Origin: Rhina ancylostomus
Taxonomy: Eukaryota
Direction: 5' to 3'
Assembly: GCA_030265395.1 (NCBI GenBank)
Contig: JARFYF010000065.1
Span: 5,840,253-5,904,252, forward strand
DNA: 64,000 nucleotides
Part shown: positions 25,601 to 38,429 of the stretch, one piece after another
Layout of the letters: every line of letters starts with the position of its first letter
Position numbering within the stretch: the first letter of the stretch is position 1
Translations under genes and position numbers: made by a program
The notes under the pieces: model-generated
The model's input: the letters and a program-made list of their open reading frames with translations, nothing else
Databases searched by the model: none
Told to the model about the DNA's origin: nothing

Positions 25601-27500
25601 GTTTGTACTAAGATGTGGTGAATAGTAATGGATAGTTAGGTTTGTTAAAGATGTATGGGATATAACCCTACAGTAAATGGAGCAGATAGATGTGCCCCAT
25701 GCAATACTAGCAGCATGGTAGTTCAAGATGCTCCGTTATATTGTTTGGGTAGGTGTTAATGGTTTTGCCTCTTAATCATGTGGTTGCCATAGTAACTCTA
25801 AAGCCAATGCGTACTGCTAGGATTATTTTCCTTGCTTTTGGTAGTGTTAACATTCCTATCACATACCTTTCCTCCTCCACCTTGGGTAAAATTAATTTGA
25901 TATCCAAGGAGGTACAAGATTCTTTTTAATGGGAAGAGATCAAACTTTAGCCACTTTCAAGCACAGAAGCTTCCATTCTTTACCAAAGTGGGATATGCTT
26001 TACAGTCTACAGGACTTGCATTAATGTTCATGGCTGAGTTTTCATTCAGTATTATCCTGCATGTTAAGATGCAAGATTTCTATTAGGTATTTGTTAGCCA
26101 CTGTTTAAACTGGACAATGGATTAAACAGAAAACTCAGTATATAAAAATAATTCCTACAGGGCACTATCTTAACTGGCATTTTCTCTTGGTACATAATGA
26201 GGACCAGTAGAGATTAATTATTGTAAGAATAATAAAGGCTGTTGTTCATGGTTTTAAAACACTATCCAAAGCCATGGTTCAAGAGTTACTGTAAAATTTC
26301 TTGTGCTCAGGTTTGACACATGATTTTTTTTAATGCAATCTTTAATCTCTACTGCTGTTTATTCCCTTTCTGCACTGTTCAGGTTCTGTTGCTGGGGTCA
26401 GTGGAACACATTTGTAATTAGATAGACACTGCATTTTATAATTTTTTTTAAATATGTAAACTTGATTGCGCACACAGCTGTATAGGGCTGTATTTACTGA
26501 TTTGTAATTGAGTCATTTATAAATTTAGTATATGGTAAAGCTTCCAGGGAAGATGTGTACAACACATTTTAACTCAACTTTCCACACTAAACCTCTGTTC
26601 TTAAACTGTTGAAGGTTAAACAAACCAAACTGGAAGCTGGTGCCTCAGAGCTATAAACTGTTACTGCTGTACATGTTACTGAAGGTTGTGTATCATTTAC
26701 TCCAAAATAAACAAAACCTATGAAAATCAAAAGCTGTTTATATACTGGTAAATTTAGTATGTTAGAGCTTGAGCAAAGTACATTGCTTAACTGAAAATTT
26801 GCAAGGATGCATTTTATATTTGCAGTTTTAAATTTATACTATGCACATCAGATTAATTTCAACTCAAGTGAAATCACTACTGCCTCAAGTCGCCTCTAAC
26901 TTTATCTCTACTGAAGTATTAGCAAATGGCTTCCCAATGCCAGTATAAATCAGTCTTGAATTCTACAAGTCATTTACAAGTGAAGATTGGAACATTTTTG
27001 CTAAAGATATTTAAGCTAGCTCAGTGTTCAAACTTCATACACAAGTAATACATTCCTTGCTATCCTGAAAGGAACTAATTAGGAGTTTTTCTTTGCCATA
27101 TAACAACTTTGCTTGCATACTGAGGCTGAATCCGTCATCATGTGACTCAAAGCTATGACCACATTCACCCTCTATTAGAACTTCCATTGCACTCCTAAAT
27201 GGCTTTCACTCTTCCATGTTACCAATATCCCTCTTAATTCTCAGAGGATTAGACACTACAATTCCTAGATATTCCTCAAAAACAATTAGCCAAGCCTTTG
27301 GGCAATGCTGCAGAATACTCTCAAGACATAAAAATGACATCTGCAAGTTGAGGGACAGGATAAACAGACTTTTTGGCTGTCACAAGTACCATATTCCCAC
27401 AACAGTAAAATCTCACTCATGCAATGGTCCAACAGCAGCAGACCAGTTATTAGGACAAAGTGATACTTAAGAGCCAAGACACTGAGGATGCATTGGAAGT

Positions 27501-27506
27501 TTTAAT
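27501..27506 (-). terminator. Candidate distal AKAP8L poly(A) signal ATTAAA (AATAAA candidates also at 28337-28342 and 27739-27744)
   Basis: TTTAAT on the + strand; the upstream minus-strand sequence is U-rich with TGTA motifs. Confidence 0.4.
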
Positions 27507-28538
27507 TGACAGTGCTACAAACTGATTTACAGTTCTGTATAAAATTGAAAACAAAGTACATTTAAATAGCCTACAAAAAGCTATAGCATAGAAAAGCAAG
27601 GGAAGAATTTGGGGGGGGGGGCAGGGTGAGGGGATGGGTGGAGGAGAAAGAAAAAGAAAAGCAGCTGCTTTCTGCAGATTACGCAATACTAAACTACACA
27701 TTCCTATTGAGCTAAGCCGTCTCTGGTTTTGATTTAAATTTATTCAATACTGAGGTGTACTTGAATCACCTAGCACTACAGTTCATAGGCAAGTGGACCT
27801 GCGTTTGGTTTGAAAACAGGTGCAAATGCAATAACATCAAGTCAGGCTCATCAGACTCACCAGGAAAGTTTACTGTTTTCATGTCGAAGATCATTTGAAC
27901 TTTTTAAAAGGAAGTCCACACCCTGCAGGAATGCAGTATTAGAGTCCCAAACAAATCCAGATGAATTTCACAATAGTCTTATTTGCATTTACAGATCTAA
28001 AACAAAGCAACATGCTCAAAAGTGCCATTCGCCACCCTTCATGCGAAAGCTAATTAATACAACAAAATAACCCAGTTACCCAAATTCTGCTGCGTATTTA
28101 CAACTCATTTGTACACAAACCAAATGAGAAATGTTTAAACCAGCATCTTAGCTATGCAACTGTTCTAATGGACCAAATGGAAATTCTTAGTTGCATAGCT
28201 TGGAATCAAGACAGCCAGATCTTACAAATTACAGATCACTTAAACTTGGATTACTGCAAACAAACTTCATGCCAGTCCTCAAAGAAAAAGTTTAGGATCA
28301 ATTGAATACCACATTAATCACATTACAGAAACCAAGTTTATTTTTTTAAAAAAATTCACATCAGATGTGAGAGAAAACTGGACTTTGTATCAGCCATGTG
28401 GGATGAAACTGCAATACAGCAAGTGAACACAAATCTACTGGCAAGTTAAAAACACTGAAATTCTTAAACTAGTATAAACCTCAATAGCTGGTATGGGATA
28501 GAATTGCATCTGCATGTCTGCAGAAGTCAGCCTAAAAT

Positions 28539-29054
28539 TTATTCCAATTGCTCGTCTTCTCCCTTCAACATCTCATCTTCTTCTTCAGCTGTCAATTCCA
28601 CCTCCCTGTCTTCTGCAGCACCATCTGCTTCCCCCACAGTCCCTTCCTCTGCCTGTACCGTCTCTCCCTCAGCCCCCTCCAGTGCATCAGCCTCTCCCCT
28701 AGTCCCTTCCATTTCTGTCTCCCATCCAGCCCCTTCCACACCCATTTCACTCATTTCCACCCTGTCAGCTCCCAGTGCTGACTCACTTGCCTCCCCCAAA
28801 GCCCAATCTAGAGCTCCCTCCCCAGCCCCTTCCACGCCTTCGCCTGACTCCTCTTCCACCATCTCCCCAACATTTTCTTCATCGGGATCTTCCATTTCTT
28901 CCTTTATTCTAACTGCACAGTCTTCTGCTTCTTCATTCTCCCCTTCTTTGCCCTCAACATCCATGGAAGGATCCTTCAAAGTATCACCCTCAGCAGTCTC
29001 ATCAGCAGCGTCTTCCTCATCTTTGTCTGGGTCATCAGTGAATGGGTTCTCACC
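28539..29054 (-). CDS. AKAP8L: AKAP8L-family last exon: GENPFTDDPDKD followed by an acidic E/G-rich tail
   Basis: Acceptor ttacag|GGT, phase 0, TAA stop. GENPFTD matches AKAP8L. Confidence 0.9.
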   Translation of the reverse strand, partial: GENPFTDDPDKDEEDAADETAEGDTLKDPSMDVEGKEGENEEAEDCAVRIKEEMEDPDEENVGEMVEEESGEGVEGAGEGALDWALGEASESALGADRVEMSEMGVEGAGWETEMEGTRGEADALEGAEGETVQAEEGTVGEADGAAEDREVELTAEEEDEMLKGEDEQLE

Positions 29055-29639
29055 CTGTAAAAGGAGGGTGTTTAATTAGAATAGCAGAAGACTCCACATC
29101 AATCCCCACAGGATCAAAATAGATATTCAAATACTCCAAAGAAACCAGAACATGAAGGATGCTCTTCCATACCATAACACAAAATCAAAAACCCAAAAAT
29201 GCACACACCTCCACTTTATAAAAAAACATTGACCAATTTCCAAAAGACAGATTTGGATTAAACGCAAAGAATTATCATATTCCCTTAATTCATAAATGAT
29301 ACAACTATCCAATCATAAATGAAAGTGGAATTCACTCTGAAGACTTGAGAGAAAGTTTCAAAATGCACCCAGATAACAAAACAAGCTCTTAAAAGCCTGA
29401 GAAAAGTATAAAACCCAAAACAGAGCAAGGTAAAATGTTTTAACATGAATTTAAGTAAACCTACCCTTCAAAAATCCATAAGCTGTTTATATTTTTGCAG
29501 ACTTTCACCTTCAACCCCTATTGCTGATGCAAGTTGGCTTTGTTGATACCTTTAATTATGTTCAATGTGACTGATGACGCCAAATCAATGCAGATTTACG
29601 TCAAAAATCAAACATGCCCTCAATTACAGAGCAATAAGA

Positions 29640-31280
29640 TCTGATTCATGGAACAATGGCACCAGGAAGGAGAGAGCTGTTCCACTGGGATGGGCTTTAT
29701 CTCAGTTGTGCTAGGACCAGTGTCCTGGCAAATCAAATATTTAATAAATCAAGAGGTAATAAAAGAGCAGTGGCACAGGACAGTGAAGTGGAAATGGTCA
29801 AGCCAAGTGTTGAGGGGCGGCATAGAAAATGCAAACAGAAGTACATGGCACAGAGCAGATCCAGAGTTGGTAAGCTGAATTCAAAGCTTACTGTCCTTTC
29901 ATGTAGCATTTTTAATAAGCTAGATGAGTTGACAGTGCAGAGAGCAACATACAAGTACGACTTAAAAGCTCTAACGGGCACGTTGCAGGATGACCTGGAA
30001 TGGGTGTTCAATATTCCTAATTGTACGATGGTCCAGAAGAGCAGGACAAAAAGGGAAAAAGGGGGCAGGGTGGCATTGTTAATTGAAGGAGGTATCAGAG
30101 CAGTGCTGAGTTGTGATGTAGAAGCAGTGGGTAGTAATGTCAGAAGCTAGAAATGACTATGTGGACACTAATTTCAACCCGTTTGGGTTGAAATCATGAA
30201 TAGCAGGGGTAAGAACACACAGGTAGGGATAGTCTGTAGGTCCCAAATAACTCATCAAAAATATAAAATGGGGAAATACCTTGGGCATGTTTGAAGGGAA
30301 CTGTAATTATCATGGGAGATAATAATTGCATATTAATTAGCAAACCAAATTGGCAAGGGTTTCATACAAGAATTTGCAGAATGCGTCAGTGATTGCTTCT
30401 TAGAACAGCATGTTATAAAAGCCTGCCCAGGCTGATATAGATGTGGTCATGAGTAATAAGGAAGGATTAATAAGAAATCCTGTGGTTAAAGATGCCCTAA
30501 GAAATGGTGACCACAATTCCAGATGCAGTTTAAGGGCAAACACCACTTGACTGAAACCACTGTCTTCAAGTTCATAAGGGTAATTATAATGGCATGAAGG
30601 TGGAGTTGTCCAAGGTGGACTGGGAAAATAAGCTACGAGGCAGGTCAGGTGATGAACAGTGGCAGATATTCAAACAGCCAGTTCTTAACACTCAGCAGAA
30701 TTTATCCCAATTAGAAGGATTCCAGGAGAAAGAGGCACAATCTATGGTAGTCAATGGGCCAAATGGCTTAATTTTGCTCCTATGTCTTATGGTCTTAACG
30801 AAAGACAGTCAAGGTTAATGTTAAATTGGAAAGTAGGGCAAACAAAGTGGCAAGGCACTGCTAGTAGACCAGAGGACTAGGAACTTCTTAAAAAGGATTA
30901 AGCAGCTTAAGACTAAAAGCTCTAAGGGAGAAAATCAAGTTTGAGATAATACTTGCGTGTAATATCAAAACAAACACTAAGATTTTTTATGGTTCTACAA
31001 ACAGGAAGGTGGTGGCTGAAGTAGGTGTGGTATCTCTAGAGAGCAGGAAACAAAGAAATGGTAGACCTGTTAAATCAATACTTTACATCAGCCTTCACTG
31101 TTTAAAACACTACAATTGGAGCCACATCATTGGATGAAATGATGAAATAGATAAACGAAAGATTGAGGAGTTGAGGATTTTGGGGAATCACTGAAGAAGA
31201 GGAGTGAGGCCAGCATAGATCAGCTGAGATCATATTGAATGGTGGGGCAGGCTTGAATAGTCTGGTCTTATTTTCTTGTG
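29640..31280 (+). mobile_element. Degenerate CR1-type LINE: end of the ORF1 esterase, APE endonuclease part of ORF2, internal deletion, 3' tail
   Basis: ELFHWDGLYLS..TSVLANQI resembles the SGNH esterase DGLHL block. SIFNKLDEL, GGRVALLI and IIMGD are APE motifs. Multiple stops and frameshifts. Confidence 0.75.
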
Positions 31281-31479
31281 TCCAAGTTTGCCATGGGATC
31301 AAAAGGATACAACCCCTGTCATACTCTACAAGCTTCAAAGCTAGACGGCACAACCAGTTTCCCCAACAGTCCTTGTATCTGTACATACATAAATTAGTTT
31401 TTATCCCAATGGTCTTCTCCTAAACAACATGTAGAGTCTGTATCAGGTTAAAAAAAATTACACTGGGCCAGTGCTGTAC

Positions 31480-31575
31480 CTTTTTGTACTTCTCCAGCAT
31501 TGCTGCAATGTTGCGGTTATTCAGGACACTCCTAGCGACGACAAGGCTGCCCTTCTTGGCTTTCTCCAACATTAT
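31480..31575 (-). CDS. AKAP8L: AKAP8L-family exon IMLEKAKKGSLVVARSVLNNRNIAAMLEKYKK
   Basis: ctag|ATA ... AAG|gtacag, 96 nt, phase 0-0. Homologous to the AKAP8/AKAP8L segment after the zinc fingers. Confidence 0.9.
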
Positions 31576-33066
31576 CTAGCAAGGAAACAAAGGTTAGTAA
31601 AAGATAAACCAGTTACATAACAGACAATATTTTTGGTTATTTGGATTATTTGGAATCTTGTTAGGAGGTGCAAAGATTCCATTTCTGCACACTCCTGAAT
31701 ACACCGATCACATTAGAATAAAGAATATCCCCAGAACTATTTAAAAATCACTTAATTTAATAAGCATTTATGAAACTTAGCTTTAGAGATGCTGTATAGT
31801 ATCTTTTTCTAACTGGCCCCAGATGAGAACTTTGAGACTTGATTCTGTTCCAGAGAAACAGAATTTCTACAGATAAACTCAGGGTCATTTTCAGAAGCCC
31901 ATAGAGAACAAATCCAAGGCAGTAGCTACACACGTCCACACACATGAATTTATAATTGTGTCTCTCTGGATAATAAACCACTGTAAGCCAGTTTAGAATG
32001 GTGTCCTAGATAAGGGAAAGGGGCTAGCTGGTGTACCCAGAGGGGAATTTTCAGGCTTCATGAAAATCTGTACATGCAGCAAAGCACATTAACAGAAACC
32101 AGAGAATGAACTTCAAGGTGCAAGCTGCATGAGAAGATGATTTGTTTTCTACATTCATGGACCTCCCATGCACCTCAGGTGTCACACTACCAATATAACA
32201 ATTCTGTGTATTGAACAAATCCCTCAAGCAGAATTAACTTCAGGAAACCAAGCACCAATTCAAAATAACTACAGTGCAATTTGTTGCTGTGATTTAAACC
32301 TACGAACTCTCTCAAAGGGCAGTGGAAACAGATTTTGAATATCTTTGTGGCATAAATAGATAAGTTCTTGAAAAGGGTGAAGTTGCTGCAGGTAGACAGG
32401 AACTCAAAGTTGAGATCGAGGTTGCAAAAGATTAGCCATTATCTTACTAAATGACAGAACAGACTTCAAGGACTAAGTTGACTCTCCCTGCTCTTAATTG
32501 TGTTCGCGTTGTGGTCAGGCTGACATGTATTGTTACTTTCCTGAGGGAACATCACAACTAAGCTTTATCCTGTTTTGTATTCCCATATTGGTATACCTTC
32601 TACTTTTTGTCCTAATATGCATTTCCATTTGAAGCACAGAAAAATTCAGTGGAACTAAGGGTGAAAGAAGCAATACTCATAACCAAAAGGCATTTTCCTC
32701 CACACACAGAAACAGTCCTTCCGCCCCATATGATCACTGGATTTCTCAGCTTGTGAGCCAGGTTGCTCTCACAAAGCCAATAACACTATCACAAATACTG
32801 AATAGTCACTGTAATCAAGATATTCAACTGTCAAAACAATAGAGCCTTGGACTGGGTGATAATTTCCACCACTTGAATGGCTAACTCACCATGATTCAGT
32901 TTCACACTGAATTTAACAAGCGAAAGAATCATGAGTGTAGATACTGGAGGTGATGAGGAGACAAAAATAAGCACCGAGAGGTGTGATTTGCACCCCTCAT
33001 CATAAAAGCAAATTATTATTTAGTCATGATCTGCAAGTCCACTGCCTTGTTTCACAAAGCACTTAC

Positions 33067-33197
33067 CTTGCGGTTCCAGCCATGATCAATAGTCTTCAAA
33101 TGACGCATAAGGAGAGCATTCTGCATTGGTATAAATAGATCACAGGCCACACAGTGCGCTGCCTCTACCTTCTTCATGAAATGGTCCAAGCCAACAT
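33067..33197 (-). CDS. AKAP8L: AKAP95-type zinc finger 2 exon (DVGLDHFMKKVEAAHCVACDLFIPMQNALLMRHLKTIDHGWNRK)
   Basis: tgtag|AT ... AAG|gtaagt, phase 1-0. KKVEAAHCxACDLFIPMQ is the family signature. Confidence 0.95.
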
Positions 33198-33240
33198 CTA
33201 CAATGCAATTATAAATGATTAGATGCAGCTAAAAAGCCAA

Positions 33241-33390
33241 CAGTGGTGCAGTGGATAGTGCTGTCCCCCTACAGCTCCTGCAACCCAGGGTCAATCCTGA
33301 CCTTCAGTGATAGAGTCTTCATGGTTCCCCTGTGGCCACATGGGTTTCCCGGATGCTCTGGTATTCCCCCCAGCATATGTTGGTAACTGG
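33241..33390 (+). mobile_element. HE1-like tRNA-derived SINE, degenerate
   Basis: cagtggtgcagtggatagtgctg (box A-like), gggtcaatcctgac (box B-like), gggtttccccggatgctctggt (V-SINE core-like). Confidence 0.6.
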
Positions 33391-34107
33391 CTACTGAAAA
33401 TGAGTGGGGGCGGGGGGGGGGGGGAAGAAACATTGTGGAGCTGATGGGCAAGTGAGAAAGGGAGGGGAAATGCAAATAATTAAAAAGCTAGCACAGACGA
33501 TGGGCCAAATGGCAGCATACTTTTGTGAGAAAACCTAAACAAATCCAACTAGTATGTTGTTGCAGGATCAGGGTTGGGGAAAACTGCGTCAGAGAGAGTT
33601 GATCACTTGAGATCATTAGCCTTCTGACTAATTGCTTAAACAGATTCCTCTCTTTAGCTGCTAACCAACAATAAACATTGAACAATATAGCACACAAGAC
33701 TTTGCATTGCTTGGATGTCCAATCTTGATCACTACAAAACCAACTTTTCCAACTTCATGAATCCTTAACCCTAACGCAATTTATGGAGAACCTCCAGAAA
33801 AAGTAAGCATTAAGAGGTACATGGTTCAAATTTAAAAAAAACTGGACCAATTACTCTCCTCTTCCCCCATTAGGACGCTGTTGTATTCTATTCTTACAAG
33901 AATAGCACTGTATGGCAGATTTGTGGGAAGAGACCCAAAACCCAGGATTAGTCCAACTAGTGCTGCGTTGCTCTATGAAAATTATACAACATGTCCCACC
34001 CATTCCAGTGATCCGCAAAAACCAACCTGTGTTCCTATGGAGCTTGCTGTCCATCTGCAGGAATGAATGTTAGTTATAAAGCAACTGATTTACAACAGCC
34101 AACTTAC

Positions 34108-34213
34108 CCTGCAGCAGGTCTTGCTGCTGCATAAGCTGCTTCTTCAGAATTGTCTTATCTCCAATTTGTTCCCGGCGCTTCTGCGTTTTCTGAATCTTGT
34201 TTAAAATATATTC
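34108..34213 (-). CDS. AKAP8L: AKAP8L-family exon EYILNKIQKTQKRREQIGDKTILKKQLMQQQDLLQ
   Basis: ttcag|GAA ... CAGG|gtaagt, 106 nt, phase 0-1. Confidence 0.9.
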
Positions 34214-34289
34214 CTGAAACAGATCAAAATGTTAAGTACATTTAATATGATATATTGCTACTGGACTTGTTTGAAACATTATATGGCTA

Positions 34290-34995
34290 GTCAATGGTGC
34301 TGAGGTCGAGAAGGTTGAGAGCTTCAAGTTCCCAGGACTGAACCTCACCAATAGCCTGTCCTAGTCCAATCACATAGACACCACAGCCAAGAAAGCTCAC
34401 CAGCACCTCTACTTCCTCAGGAGGCTAAAGAAATTTAGTATGTCCCCTTTGACAATCACTAATTTTATCAATGCACCATAGAAAGCCTCCTATCTGGATG
34501 CATCACGGCTTGGTATGGCAACTGATCTGCCCAGGACCACAAGAAACTGCAGGAAGTTGTGGATACAACTCACCATGTCGTGGAAACCAGCCTCCCCTCC
34601 ATGGACTCTGTCTATAATTTCTCGCTGCCTCAGTGAAGCAGCCAGCCTAATTAAAGACCCACCCACATACCCCCAGGATATTCTCTCTTTTCCCCTCTCC
34701 CAACAGGTATAAGATACAAAAGCCTGAAAACACGTCCCACCAGGCTCAAGGACAGCTTCTATCCCGCTGTTTTAAAACCACTGAACGGTTCCCTAGTACA
34801 AAATACTCGACCTCACAATCTAACTCATTATGACCTTGCACCTTACTGTCTACCTGCACTACATTTTCTCTGTAGCTGTGACACTACTCTGCGTTCTGTA
34901 TTGGTTTACTTTGTACTACCTCAATGCACTGTGTTATGAATTGATCTGTACGATCAGTATGCAAGACAAGATATTCACTTGTCGACGATAATAAA
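34290..34995 (+). mobile_element. Rex1/Babar-clade LINE 3' fragment
   Basis: KKAHQHLYFLRRLKKF-like coding remnant plus a 3'UTR ending aataataaac. Confidence 0.75.
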
Positions 34996-35117
34996 CCAAT
35001 TCCAATATTCAGTTTACACTTATGCATTGATTATTTATACACAAGTGCAACTAAAAATATTTCAATACAACATTGGTAAAAGCAATTATATTAAAGAACA
35101 AGAACAAGAATACATAC

Positions 35118-35259
35118 ATGCAAAAAGTCAGCAGTCTGCTTGTCAAGCTTGGATGCAATGAATTTGAAAGTTTCACTGTGGTATTTACTGTCCACATGGG
35201 CAGAAATGTCCTCATCTTCAAAGGTACGAAACTTACAGACAGAGCAAGCATACATTATC
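35118..35259 (-). CDS. AKAP8L: AKAP95-type zinc finger 1 exon (RIMYACSVCKFRTFEDEDISAHVDSKYHSETFKFIASKLDKQTADFLH)
   Basis: tgtag|G ... CAT|gtatgt, 142 nt, phase 2-0. CSxCKxRTF...H...H motif and KQTADFL. Confidence 0.95.
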
Positions 35260-35349
35260 CTACAACACAAAAAGATGCATGCAAAAGGTGAAAACCTCAC
35301 AGGTTGAACAACTTAAAAATTGAGGAATTTGTTCTTACATCAATGGCAA

Positions 35350-36118
35350 AATAGTTCATTTTGGTAGGTCAAATATGATGGCATAGTATTAATGGTAGGA
35401 CTCTTGGCAGTGTGGAGGATCAGAGGGATCTTGGGGTCTGCATCCATAGGACACTCAAAGCGGCTGCACAGGTTGACGCTGTGGTTAAGAAGGCATATGG
35501 AGTATTGTCCTTCATCAATTGTGGAACTGAATTTAAGAGCTGAGAGGTAATGTTGCAGCTATATAGGACCCTGGTCAGACCCCACTTGGAGTACTGTGCT
35601 CAGTTCTGGTGGCCTCACTACAGGAAGGAAGTGGAAACCATAGAAAGGGTGCAGAGGAGACTTACAAGGATGCTGCCAGGGTTGGAGAGCATGTCTTATG
35701 AAAACAGGTTGAGGGAACTCTGCCTTTTCTCCTTGGAGAGACTGAGGATGAGGGGGGACCTGGTAGAGGTGTATAAGATGATGAGAGGTATTGATCGGGT
35801 GGATAGTCAGATGTTTCTCCCCATGGCTGAAATGGTTGCCAGAAGAGGACATAGTTTTAAGGTGCTGGGGAGCAGGTATAGAGGAGATGTCAGGGGTAAG
35901 TTTTTTACTCAGGGAGAGGTGAGTGCGTGGAATGGGCTGCTGGCAATGGTGGTGGAGGCAGATACGATAGTCTTTTAAGAGACAGTTGGATAGGTACATG
36001 GAGCTGAGAAAAATAGAGGGCTATGCGTAAGCCTAGTAATTTCTAGGGCAGGGACATGTTTGGTACAGCTTTGTGGGCCGGAGGGCCTGAATTGTGCTGT
36101 AGGTTTTCTATGTTCTAT
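35350..36118 (+). mobile_element. CR1/HER1 LINE 3' end, relatively young
   Basis: ORF LYRTLVRPHLEYCAQFW...ERVQRRLTRMLPGL...RGDL (RT C-terminus); tail ttctatgttctat. Confidence 0.92.
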
Positions 36119-36814
36119 ATCTGCTCCTCAGTGTCCCTATGGTTATTTGGGGGTCTGTAATATAAGCCCATCAGAATGATGGCACCTTTGTTATTTCGAC
36201 CCATATAGACTCAGTCAATGCGCCCTTCATTTCTTCCTCTCTGATAACAGATCAACAAAATCAAAGAGCTTGGAACACAAATAATGTTGATGGTTGAGAG
36301 AAAAGCATGTTCATTGATGGCTTTCCATCTGATATTAACAAATGAAAATAGTTAACATGCATTAATTATTCATGTGAGTATTCACAATATAAAATAACAT
36401 ACTCTACTTTGAGTTCTATAAGCAGAAAGTGGCATAACTTACTTCTTAGACTTCACCAGGACTTCCACTGACCCCTTTTCACTGATGTTCAACCAAAAAC
36501 ATTTCATACAAAATCTTAAAAATGCACAAATTGCAATGTACAAGTAAGATTTATTCTATAATAGCAAACTTTGTCCATCAATGGACAAAGTTGACTCAAC
36601 AACAAGAAGGTACCTGAATATTGAATGTAACATGAGGGATCTGCTGTTACCATGGTAAATATTAATGAAACAACTGTTTTGTTCTTTTTACTGAGCTTTT
36701 CTGGTGACAGTGTGTTGTCACTGCGACATAACACCTATGTCAGTTTATCATCAATCTTAAGTATTCACTCAAAAAATATTTGCTTCATCCAAAATAAATT
36801 ACAATTAAAATTGA

Positions 36815-37400
36815 ATAGAGACACTTTTGAGGTACAAGTGCATAGTTCCCTGAAACACAGGTAGACAGGGTGGTGAGGAAGGCATATGACATGCTTGCCT
36901 TCATCGGTTGAGGCATTAAGTCTAAGAGTTGGGATGTCATGTTAACATAGAACAACTACGGCACAATTCTGGCCCTTCGGCCCACAAAGCTATGTTGCAG
37001 TTAAACAAAATATTGGTTAGGCCACACTTGGAGTATTGTGTGCAGTTCTGGTCACTGCAATATAGGAAGGACATAATTAAGCCAGATGGGGTGCAGAAAA
37101 GATTCACAAGGATGTTGCCAGGATTGGAAGGCTTGAATTATTATGAGACATTGGATAGACTGGGTCTGTTTTCCCTGGAATGAAGGAGGCTGGCATGATA
37201 GTGATCTATAAAATTATGAGAGGCGGAGACATGGTAGATAACCAGAGTCTGGAATGAGCTGTCAGAGGAGGTGGTGGAGGCAGGTACATTAACAACATTT
37301 AAAAGGTGCTTAGACAGGTATATGGGCCAAACACAGTCAAATGGATCTAGCTTAGATGGGCACCTTGATTGGCATGGATCAGTATGACTCTATGAAGGGC
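36815..37400 (+). mobile_element. CR1 LINE 3' fragment carrying a nested 48-bp inverted tail
   Basis: LVRPHLEYCVQFWS...VQKRFTRMLPGL; tail (tatgactc) repeats. Confidence 0.85.
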
Positions 37401-38429
37401 CTGTATGACTCTATGAATCTATAACAATATTTAAGAGTCATCTGGCCAGGTAGTTGAATGAGCAGGGTACAGAGGATATGAAATTAATGCAGGCAAATGG
37501 GATTAGTATATTTAGGCATGATGGTTGGCATAGACAAGGTGGGCTGAATGGCCTGTATCTCTGCTGTACAACTCTCTGCCTGTGTCTGTGAGATAGCTTG
37601 GATAAATGTAAAGTTTTGAGATGCCGTTTCACATTTCAGACTGTCTCTTTACTCTCAATCCAGGATGTCCTTATTCATTTTAATGCAGTTTTTAAACATA
37701 GATTCAATCATTCAAAGCAACAGGAAGTGATGCAGAGTATAAAAGTGCCAACATTTGTTGCTATGCTATTGGGACAGTCTGTGTTTACTGTGGTAAAAGA
37801 GCAACTGTGGAATTACTGATGGTGTTTTTGGATAAAGTTAATGTGCTTGACGTCAAGAACATGTGGGCAGGGATCAATTAGCACAGCTACTCATCACTGT
37901 GATAATGTCTGCAATTGCTTCTGAATTTAAAAAAATACAAAACAGGTCAGTAAGTGTTCAAAGTGCAATTGAAATGGATGATGCATGTAGTAATAAACAG
38001 TGCATTTCCTTCCTGCACTAAAGCTTTCACTGCCTGTTCTATTTTAAATGTTTCCATTAGCAATAATTTCCTAGAAAATGTTTGCTCTGGCTTTTACTGT
38101 AAAACCATGATGTTTCTTGTTTGTATTAGGAAAGGATATTTCATTTAGTAATAATAATTACAAATTCAAGAATTTATTGATTCTGCTTTTGCTGATAATC
38201 CACATTCAAGTCAGTGAACAACGGTTAAAAAAAATCCTCAAAGTTACCATTTTAGCTGAACATTATATTTGTTTGTTTTGGATGTTAATAAATAAATATT
38301 GATTATTATTGCATATTATCAGAAAATGCTGCTTTTCTTTTCAATTGGTTTAGTTGAATCAATTCATACTGTACTAACATAGAAAATTCAGTATAACTTT
38401 GGTTTAAAAGTCTGAAATTTCAAAACATC

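Noticed and set aside
28504-29079. 191-aa Ser/Pro-rich + strand ORF
   Set aside because: Antisense shadow of the Glu/Gly-rich AKAP8L last exon.
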